DNA from: a virus
Taxonomy: Duplodnaviria; Caudoviricetes
Virus record (IMG/VR): IMGVR_UViG_3300048861_000248
Location: 1-42,263 of that record
Length of the DNA: 42,263 bases
Direction: 5' to 3' (one strand)
Position 1 is the stretch's first letter; each line of letters opens with the position of its first letter. The translations under genes and the position numbers were made by a program. Below the pieces are notes generated by a model. That model worked only from the letters and a program-made list of their open reading frames with translations, had not been told where the DNA came from and searched no databases. Positions 36,260 through 42,263 of this stretch are shown piece after piece.

Positions 36260-36486
36260 TAGACTTCCTCCGGCAGTCGGGTGACAACCATGTCGTCGTA
36301 TTCCTGTGCCATTTCGATCGACGTAGTTTTCTCATTGGTTGTCACGTTCCGCCAGCCAACCTCGAGACGTTCGAGCAGCTCGACTCGCGCTGTGCCGTCA
36401 ATATCTACAGTCGCGGCTGCCATATGTGTTCCAGCCTTCGTGTTTTCCAGGCTGACGGCGAGAAGGATCTTCATCCGGTCGCTCAT
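36259..36486 (-). CDS. Hypothetical protein
   Basis: Coupled ORF. Confidence 0.6.
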   Translation of the reverse strand: MSDRMKILLAVSLENTKAGTHMAAATVDIDGTARVELLERLEVGWRNVTTNEKTTSIEMAQEYDDMVVTRLPEEV

Positions 36487-36566
36487 TGGTCATCCACCCC
36501 TTCTTCCGCACGTGTGATCGCTTTACCGTCACGGTCATCCTCGAATGGGTCAGCGTCGCCATTCAT
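36483..36566 (-). CDS. 27-aa acidic peptide
   Basis: MNGDADPFEDDRDG...; ATGA-coupled at both ends. Confidence 0.4.
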   Translation of the reverse strand: MNGDADPFEDDRDGKAITRAEEGVDDQ

Positions 36567-36733
36567 CGTTTCCCCCAAGCCCATCCGCTGTAATGTGCGC
36601 GCAGCAATCCGACCATGACTAGTCCGACGATTGCGGCGACGCATACCCACCACCATCCGGATTCGAATACCAACGTGGACGCTTCAACTGCTACGTAGAA
36701 CGGCAGCAGGAGCAGGAACAATGCGAGTTTCAT
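36563..36733 (-). CDS. Small 2-TM membrane protein
   Basis: GGAGG RBS; hydrophobic. Confidence 0.6.
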   Translation of the reverse strand: MKLALFLLLLPFYVAVEASTLVFESGWWWVCVAAIVGLVMVGLLRAHYSGWAWGKR

Positions 36734-37179
36734 GCAACCTCCCAAAGAGTGCGGGCGACACCTGACGTGCCGTTGTCACTTCGTGGCCGCGATGGTGCAT
36801 CCCAACCGCCTCGGGCTGGTCGTTCCGCAATGACGCGGTAACCGGCGGCTCGTAGGGATGCTCCGGATTCACCCTCTTGCGTGTACGTAATCAAGCGTCT
36901 GTAGCCGAGAGCACTCGTCGCTCGCCAAGCAGCTGCGTAGAGCATCGAATTCGCGTTCCGGGTGCCATCTGTAGCGCTTCGGGTCACTTCGAGAGTGTCG
37001 CCTTCCGCTTGGATGACGCGCGATACTGGACGACCAACGATGATGACGCCTACGAGTAAGCCGCCACTGGCAACACCGATAGAGAACTTATGGCCCTGCG
37101 GTGGAAGGTGATGGCGATGATGGGCAAAAACGAAAGCGGATGCATCAGCAAACGAGACCGGCGTAAGCGTGAGGTTCAT
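36730..37179 (-). CDS. XF1762-family protein (Mom/GNAT-like)
   Basis: HHRHH, GRPVSR, LEVTR, ITYT..E.GASLRAAG. Confidence 0.8.
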   Translation of the reverse strand: MNLTLTPVSFADASAFVFAHHRHHLPPQGHKFSIGVASGGLLVGVIIVGRPVSRVIQAEGDTLEVTRSATDGTRNANSMLYAAAWRATSALGYRRLITYTQEGESGASLRAAGYRVIAERPARGGWDAPSRPRSDNGTSGVARTLWEVA

Positions 37180-37448
37180 GCGTGCCTTTTCGCCTGTTCA
37201 CGTCGACACAATGTGCACCGTCTGTAACCGGAGTTCGTCATCTCCATGAACGAACGCGGATGACCGTTCCTGCATACGTCCTCAACCACAGGTTCCGGAT
37301 CGGCGCGCAAACCGAGCATTCGTAGTAGCAGATCCGTGTCGCCATATGAGGCAACCAACTGGGTGACACGAACAATCTCCGTGTTCGACGGCTGCGGAAT
37401 GGGTGCGTAACCGATCGTGTCTGAGAACTGTTTCCCACGTTGCGCCAT
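37176..37448 (-). CDS. Hypothetical protein with C-terminal Zn motif
   Basis: CRNGH...RRCTLCRR. Confidence 0.6.
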   Translation of the reverse strand: MAQRGKQFSDTIGYAPIPQPSNTEIVRVTQLVASYGDTDLLLRMLGLRADPEPVVEDVCRNGHPRSFMEMTNSGYRRCTLCRREQAKRHA

Positions 37449-37771
37449 CAGCTCAACCCCAACTTCTCGATACCACGGTCGTTGATTGCGAACTCACGCT
37501 CCGGACCACGTGTATCGGTAAGTGATACGAGGCCGTCGCGGAACAGTTCCTGGAAACGTTTACGCGGCGAATCCCATGAACACACAGCCCACCCATTCAC
37601 GTCCCGGTATGCGGCGTACATTGCGTTCAATTCCGAACCTGTGCACGGTCCAAACTGGTAGACGGCATCCAATACTGAGAACCGGACCGCGCTCAATCCC
37701 GCCGTTGCCGCTCTCGCAGCAAGGAACGACGTCTCCGGGTCAGTGGACCTTGCATGTGCGACGTTGCTCAT
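37448..37771 (-). CDS. Winged-HTH-like phage protein
   Basis: ARSTDPETS..AA N-terminus; RKRFQEL...GLV. Confidence 0.7.
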   Translation of the reverse strand: MSNVAHARSTDPETSFLAARAATAGLSAVRFSVLDAVYQFGPCTGSELNAMYAAYRDVNGWAVCSWDSPRKRFQELFRDGLVSLTDTRGPEREFAINDRGIEKLGLS

Positions 37772-38034
37772 CAGGCGACCTCATATCCAGCGCCACGGAG
37801 TGCCTTCGCGTGATCGAGGTCACCCTTATACGAGCCGTGCAACTCACCCCAGTCTGTGATTTCCCCTGAACTATCTGCCGGGAAAATGTACGTCTCAGGA
37901 CCCTCACCAAAAGGGACGACCGTTGCGCTCACGACCACATACTCCATGTCGTCATCAACTGGCGGATCTAGGAAATACAGCGCCGCTTTGCCCCTAAAAC
38001 CAGGCAGATCTTTGACCTTCGTTGCCTTGCCCAT
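37771..38034 (-). CDS. Hypothetical phage protein
   Basis: GGGAG/AAGGA RBS; YVVVSA...ETYIFPAD..G. Confidence 0.7.
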   Translation of the reverse strand: MGKATKVKDLPGFRGKAALYFLDPPVDDDMEYVVVSATVVPFGEGPETYIFPADSSGEITDWGELHGSYKGDLDHAKALRGAGYEVA

Positions 38035-38063
38035 GTCCTTGCTCCCTACGTGTTTGTGGGTAC

Positions 38064-38103
38064 GAAAAAGCGGATGGTCAACTTCGGGTGAAGACCATCC
38101 GCT
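38064..38103 (-). terminator. Intrinsic terminator in the early operon
   Basis: AGCGGATGGTC...GACCATCCGCT-TTTT. Confidence 0.75.
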
Positions 38104-38108
38104 ACGTG

Positions 38109-38166
38109 TGCGATCGCCCGACTCGAACGGGCTGCCGGCCTCCATGAATGGACTGCCGGGAATCGC
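38109..38166 (-). ncRNA. tRNA-like element B (acceptor + hairpin + T-arm)
   Basis: GCGATT...GCCCG-TTCGAGT-CGGGC-GATCGC-A. Confidence 0.5.
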
Positions 38167-38256
38167 TGCTCATTCGAGGCCCGCCATGAGCACGGCGGCT
38201 CCACGCAGCCATACGATGCGAAAGGAGCCAAAAGGCCATCGCATGCTGGTGCCTCG

Positions 38257-38304
38257 TGCCCCCGGAGCGATTCGAACGCTCACATTCCCTGACGACACGG
38301 GGGC
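38257..38304 (-). ncRNA. tRNA-like element A (7-bp acceptor + T-arm, 48 nt)
   Basis: GCCCCCG-16 nt-GAGCG-TTCGAAT-CGCTC-CGGGGGC-A. Confidence 0.6.
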
Positions 38305-38310
38305 TGCTAA

Positions 38311-38523
38311 CTACTTGTTGTCAAACGGACAGCGCTCAGCGTGAGCTAAAGCCGCGGCGAACGCTTCCGGCTGAGTCCGTGCGACACCCCATGTGCCTTC
38401 GTCGTTGTCATCCTCATGGAGATCGCACTGCCAGACCCACCTTGCGTGAGAAGGCGAGCCAGGTCGCGGGCCATAGACGTACCGGCCGGATGTTGGCTTT
38501 CCGGGGTGTCGCACGACGCTCAT
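38311..38523 (-). CDS. Hypothetical protein
   Basis: W.CDLH...EAFAAALAHAERCP; coupled. Confidence 0.6.
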   Translation of the reverse strand: MSVVRHPGKPTSGRYVYGPRPGSPSHARWVWQCDLHEDDNDEGTWGVARTQPEAFAAALAHAERCPFDNK

Positions 38524-38678
38524 TGGATGAGATCCTCGTAGGCAGCCGTGTCGCCCATCTGGAAGCGCCCTCGCCGGATACCGGATTCGTGCCCGATCTC
38601 AAACCCACGGAAGAACGCACGGCTGAGCGGCCAGAAACGCGAGTACCAGGGGTATGGATACTGATTTCTGCTCTTCAC
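38520..38678 (-). CDS. Hypothetical 52-aa protein
   Basis: MKSRNQYPYPWYSRFWP...; GTGA/ATGA coupling. Confidence 0.5.
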   Translation of the reverse strand: MKSRNQYPYPWYSRFWPLSRAFFRGFEIGHESGIRRGRFQMGDTAAYEDLIQ

Positions 38679-39463
38679 TCCTTGCTCCCAGCCTTTCGTC
38701 GCGCTCGTCCCTTGACGGCGTAAATACCGACACCCGCAGCGACAACCAGCAGGCCGCCGATGAACACAGGGACCGTTGCAGGCGATGTGCCCGTGTATGC
38801 GAGATCAGTCGGATGCGCGGTGGCGACCGGGGATTGCGTCTTCGCGGTAGTCGAATCCGTCCGCGATGATTCCGAGCGGCTGGAAGTCGTCGTACCTGTC
38901 TTCGTACCAATAGGCGAACCTGGGGAGTTGGTCGGCGTGCTGGCTGCTCCTGTGCTTGGGCTTGAAGGTGCGCTTGATGTAGGCGCGGATGGCTTCCCGG
39001 TCGCTGTTGGTGTGGACACCGGAACCGTGGGCGTCGTCGGGGTGGACGTCACCGGTGATGTTGGTGACGGAGATCCTGTCGGTGCCGCCGTGGATGTTGG
39101 GGACGAAGAAGTCGGGGAAGAGGTCGGACTCTGCGCGGGCGATGAGCTCGTCCCGCCTGGACTGCTTGGGGTTGAGGTTGGACACGGGCTACTGGTTCCG
39201 GTTGGTGGTGTAGACGGCTTCGATCCACTTGACGTCGGCGTCGAGGTAGGCGTTGTAGGCGGCTCTGTTGTCGATGTCGGCGCGGTAGGTGGCGTACTTG
39301 GCGTCTGCGTCGGCTCTGAGGGCTGCGAGGTCGGCGGGTTCCATGAGTGGTGATGTCCTCCATGATGTGAACTGCACGCATACGCGGCAGAAGGGATAGC
39401 GACGAACGCAGCCGTCGCGAACGTCCACGCCGCAATACGACGCTTGAGGTGCAGGTGATTCAT
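38675..39463 (-). CDS. Sortase-anchored (LAxTG) Pro/Ser/Thr-rich surface protein
   Basis: Signal peptide ending AYA; HHGGHHH; PST stalk; LAYTG + TM + KGRARRK. Confidence 0.75.
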   Translation of the reverse strand: MNHLHLKRRIAAWTFATAAFVAIPSAAYACSSHHGGHHHSWNPPTSQPSEPTQTPSTPPTAPTSTTEPPTTPTSTPTSSGSKPSTPPTGTSSPCPTSTPSSPGGTSSSPAQSPTSSPTSSSPTSTAAPTGSPSPTSPVTSTPTTPTVPVSTPTATGKPSAPTSSAPSSPSTGAASTPTNSPGSPIGTKTGTTTSSRSESSRTDSTTAKTQSPVATAHPTDLAYTGTSPATVPVFIGGLLVVAAGVGIYAVKGRARRKAGSKE

Positions 39464-39720
39464 GCGGATTCACCACCCACGTAGCGGGCGTAGATGTCAG
39501 CTCGGCTTCCACTGGTCTTCCGCGACGAGGCTTCGAATTCACCCGGGGCTGCGCCACCGATCTGCCCTTTTTTGATGGTTGTCATCATGCTCGCCGAGAT
39601 GTTCTCGGCCACGAGGGCCCACGCGCCAGGGTGCTTCCTGAGTTCATCGAAAATGAGAGCCCACTTGGATGACTTCGGCCCACGTTTTGTTGCATGCGGT
39701 TCTTCCCACTTCAAATCCAT
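39460..39720 (-). CDS. Small putative DNA-binding protein
   Basis: WEEP...LRKHPGAWALV...FEA..R...IYARYVG; GAGG RBS. Confidence 0.7.
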   Translation of the reverse strand: MDLKWEEPHATKRGPKSSKWALIFDELRKHPGAWALVAENISASMMTTIKKGQIGGAAPGEFEASSRKTSGSRADIYARYVGGESA

Positions 39721-39751
39721 GCGTTCATTCCTCTCTGGGATGGTGATCGAG

Positions 39752-39797
39752 TAGCCGCCGTGGGATTCGAACCCACATCACGCGAACCTGCGCGGCA
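39752..39797 (-). ncRNA. tRNA-like element C (short acceptor + T-arm)
   Basis: GCCGC...GTGGG-TTCGAAT-CCCAC-G-GCGGC. Confidence 0.5.
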
Positions 39798-40137
39798 CCA
39801 CCCGTTGACGATGGGCTTCGTAAAACATCGGTCGGTCCGTCCTAAATGCCAGGGCTGGAACCCCTTCACTGCATCCGTGTAGGTGCGCCGCTTCCCAAAA
39901 CGGGGACTAACCAGACGCGTGCACCCGTAGCTCCCGACCGGAAACTTGTGTGTTGCAGGCAGGAATGCAGGTACGCCCACCACGACGCCTGCTGCTCAAC
40001 TGCTACTGCTTCCCCTATTGATGTGCTCTGCCGGCGCATAGGCGATTGGTTCTGCGTCGTCCGGAGAGCTATATGTGCCGCGTCGAGGCGCAACAAGTAA
40101 TGGCCATGTGCGGCCATCGAGAATTGCCGGCAGCGAG

Positions 40138-40353
40138 TTAGGCTGCGGGTCTTTCGTCAGGAAGTGCGTTGAACCAACGGATGGCCTCATCGCTTGGGAT
40201 CAGCGGCTTACGCCCGTAATACTTCGGGGCGAGCTTGCTGTCGTTGATCTCGTTCCTGATTGCCGAGACACTGATTTCGACTGCTTCCGCGAGGCTCTGG
40301 ATTGAGTACGCGAGTTTTGTCGAATCGATCTGCGGCTTGTCGTCTGCACTCAT
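40138..40353 (-). CDS. Excisionase/AlpA-like HTH protein
   Basis: LAYSIQSLAEAVEISVSAIRNEI...L.P...GRK.LI. Confidence 0.75.
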   Translation of the reverse strand: MSADDKPQIDSTKLAYSIQSLAEAVEISVSAIRNEINDSKLAPKYYGRKPLIPSDEAIRWFNALPDERPAA

Positions 40354-40565
40354 GCAGCGGCTCCTATCAGTTCCGCAGGGTGGATACGCAAAACGCCGCC
40401 AACACCTAGCAGCTCAAACATTCGGAACTCAGCTCGCAATGCGAGCCGGTCGTTCAGTTCAGCTACCGTGATGTCGGCGGCGTGTGCGACTGTTTCAGGA
40501 GCAACCCCCAGGCTGTCGATTGCCTGCGCCACCTTCGTGGCTACTGCGGCTGCTCTTGTGTCCAT
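40350..40565 (-). CDS. Cro-like HTH protein, leaderless
   Basis: VAHAADITVAELNDRL...EL..V..L; ATG 6 nt after a -10 box. Confidence 0.7.
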   Translation of the reverse strand: MDTRAAAVATKVAQAIDSLGVAPETVAHAADITVAELNDRLALRAEFRMFELLGVGGVLRIHPAELIGAAA

Positions 40566-40640
40566 ACGGACAAAGTACACCACCACCTGGTGGCAGGCAA
40601 GCGCATCGGGCAACATTTTTGTCCATTTGGCTGTTATCGT
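40559..40640. promoter_or_regulatory. Divergent lysis/lysogeny switch promoters and candidate operators
   Basis: Minus TTGCCT-N17-TACTTT; plus TGtTATCGT; palindromes CCACCtGGTGG and TGTCCatacGGACA. Confidence 0.65.
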
Positions 40641-40647
40641 TTTCTGC

Positions 40648-40947
40648 GTGGCAGACGAGCAGAAGAGCGCAGTCAACAAAGCACTTGGCGATGAAGTGCG
40701 GGTGTGGCGTACACGCCGTGGCCTGTCGCGCGCCGGATTGTCTGCGCTCACTCGAGAGCTCGCCCCTGAAACGCCGCTGACGCCGACGCAGATCGAACGC
40801 ATCGAGAACAACAAACGGGACATGTCGCTCAGTCAGTTGTTCCTTATCAGCTTGGCCTTGAAGGTTGACCCGGAACGCATCGTCCGTGACGCTGTGGATG
40901 CGAACGGCGGCGTCGAAGCGCTGATAGAGGGCGCACAGTCGGCCTGA
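40648..40947 (+). CDS. XRE-family immunity repressor, leaderless GTG start
   Basis: LGDEVRVWRTRRGLSRAGLS...IERIENNKRDMSLSQLFLIS.AL. Confidence 0.85.
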   Translation: MADEQKSAVNKALGDEVRVWRTRRGLSRAGLSALTRELAPETPLTPTQIERIENNKRDMSLSQLFLISLALKVDPERIVRDAVDANGGVEALIEGAQSA

Positions 40948-40954
40948 AACAACG

Positions 40955-40986
40955 AAAGCCCCCACCCGTTTCGGGTGGGGGCTTTG
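40955..40986. terminator. Bidirectional terminator between repressor and integrase
   Basis: aaagccccacccg-ttt-cgggtggggcttt. Confidence 0.85.
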
Positions 40987-40994
40987 CTGTGTAA

Positions 40995-42263
40995 TCAGGC
41001 GTCGAGAGAAGCGGTTGTCGGGAACAGATCCCCGAGCTTCGTCATCTCCATCCGCATGCGACCGATGTCGTGCTTGCGACGGTAGTCGTTCGTCTGCAGC
41101 CGGGACGCATGGCCGGCGATCTGCACAATCACATCATCCGGCACTCCAGCGATCGTCAGCAGGTCGATTGCCCCGTGCCGTAGGTCGTGAAGTCGTACGT
41201 TCTTGTCGATGCCGGTTTGGGCGAGCAGCTTCTTCCAGTTTCGTGAGTGCTCGTGCGGGTCGATCGGTCGCCCCTGGTTGGTGAACACGAACCCGTGCTC
41301 GCCTGGTGCGTGCTCGAGCATGTGTGTGCGGATGATGCTGTGCAGCGGTTCCACGAGCGGGATGATGCGCCACCCGTTCTTCGACTTCGGACGTGCCAGG
41401 AACAGGCCGCCTGAGATGTGCTGGTACTCGTAGTCGGCGGGAACGATGATGCGCCGCTTCGGGCAGTTCGCTGCTCGCCGTTCCAGGCATGGGCGGTCGC
41501 AGCCGTGTTGCCATTGGAGGCGTTGCATCTGCCAGGAGATGTCGAGCACATCTGTCACGCGATCTTCTTGCAGGGCGATGATTTCCCCACGTCGAGCACC
41601 GGTCAGGAGTGTTGTCGCCCACAGCGCGAACTCGGGTGTGTGCCGTTGGTCGTCGTCCGCCATGCGAGCGTCACGGATGCGCGTGTACACGTCGAGCGTT
41701 TCCTGAAGGTCGAGAACTTCAAGATTCGTGACCGCTTTACGTGGTGCGGCCATGAGCTTCGCAGGGTTCCGCATGAGGCGATCTTCCCGGACGGCTGCTT
41801 CGAACGCTGTAGACAGCACGCGGTGCGCGTTGAGTGCGTATGTGGAGGACAACGCTGGACGCGGCTTGCCATCCGGGAGAACCCCAGGGCGCATCATCGC
41901 GTCGGTCACTTGCCTGATGTGTGTCTGATTCAGCTTGCTCAGCCGTGTCTTGCCGATTTCGGGGATGGTGTGGGTGTGGATGATGGTGCGGTAGTTCTCT
42001 GCCGTCTTGGGTCGGACTTCGTTGACAGCGATCCGGTCGTACCAGTAGTTCAACCATTGGGCGACGGTCATGTTGTCGGTTGGTAGGTCGCCGTTGTTTC
42101 GGAGTTCGAAGCGTTGCTTGTCGAGCTGCGCAAGGACCTTCTCTTTGTCCTTGCTGCGGATCACTTTGCGGCGACGCTTGCCGTTCCTAGGTGGGAGTTC
42201 GATCGCTGCTGTCCAGTAGCCTCGTGTGTCTTTGTAGACGCTTGATTCACCTTTGCCGCGCAT
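40995..42263 (-). CDS. int: Tyrosine integrase
   Basis: TGARRGE, PKS, HDLRH, GH and Y catalytic residues intact; arm-binding N-terminus GESSVYK. Confidence 0.95.
   Translation of the reverse strand: MRGKGESSVYKDTRGYWTAAIELPPRNGKRRRKVIRSKDKEKVLAQLDKQRFELRNNGDLPTDNMTVAQWLNYWYDRIAVNEVRPKTAENYRTIIHTHTIPEIGKTRLSKLNQTHIRQVTDAMMRPGVLPDGKPRPALSSTYALNAHRVLSTAFEAAVREDRLMRNPAKLMAAPRKAVTNLEVLDLQETLDVYTRIRDARMADDDQRHTPEFALWATTLLTGARRGEIIALQEDRVTDVLDISWQMQRLQWQHGCDRPCLERRAANCPKRRIIVPADYEYQHISGGLFLARPKSKNGWRIIPLVEPLHSIIRTHMLEHAPGEHGFVFTNQGRPIDPHEHSRNWKKLLAQTGIDKNVRLHDLRHGAIDLLTIAGVPDDVIVQIAGHASRLQTNDYRRKHDIGRMRMEMTKLGDLFPTTASLDA

Larger units (their letters stand above)
1..42263 (-). mobile_element. Temperate siphovirus prophage (integrase through tail, lysis and morons); att sites not located in the window
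   Basis: Ordered integration, immunity, replication, packaging, head, tail and lysis modules. Confidence 0.95.

Noticed and set aside
38805-39344. Protein-like ORFs (39189-39344 MEPADLAALRADADAK..., and 38805-39185) nested in the LAxTG gene, one with an upstream GGAGG
   Set aside because: Runs of Pro/Thr/Ser codons generate Ala/Asp/Tyr-rich, stop-poor shifted frames, and the LAxTG frame has coherent ends and coupling; only Ribo-seq could rescue them
38109-39797. Canonical tRNA genes
   Set aside because: No D arm, no canonical anticodon arm and no CCA; reported as tRNA-like elements instead
39846-39875. Fourth T-arm-like element (AGGG-GTTCCAG-CCCT)
   Set aside because: Loop departs from TTCRA and the stems are short

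Overview
The window is a near-complete temperate siphovirus prophage of a high-GC actinobacterium; the host group is inferred from an LAxTG sorting signal, leaderless promoters and a PafBC-type promoter. Almost all genes run on the minus strand. From the right end: tyrosine integrase; XRE repressor (+) with a divergent Cro-like gene; excisionase; an early region of small genes; recombination genes; C5 methyltransferase; replication initiator, DnaB and SSB; putative late control region; HNH, terminase, portal, ClpP-scaffold and capsid; head-tail and tail genes; lysis cassette; an esterase/Fn3/lectin-fold protein; and a lipoprotein moron (+). No att site is identifiable inside the window. Most unusual signals: (1) three tRNA T-arm plus acceptor-stem elements without D or canonical anticodon arms in the early intergenic regions, and one D-arm-only element in the late leader, in operons with several internal terminators; (2) a nested out-of-frame gene with five PTP repeats inside the methyltransferase; (3) a hairpin after the major tail gene whose loop is complementary to the next gene's leader; (4) PafBC/RecA-NDp-type promoters on small genes; (5) a sortase-anchored His-tipped stalk protein; (6) a peptide shared by two adjacent tail-associated proteins. 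All family calls come from motif recognition by eye, not database searches.
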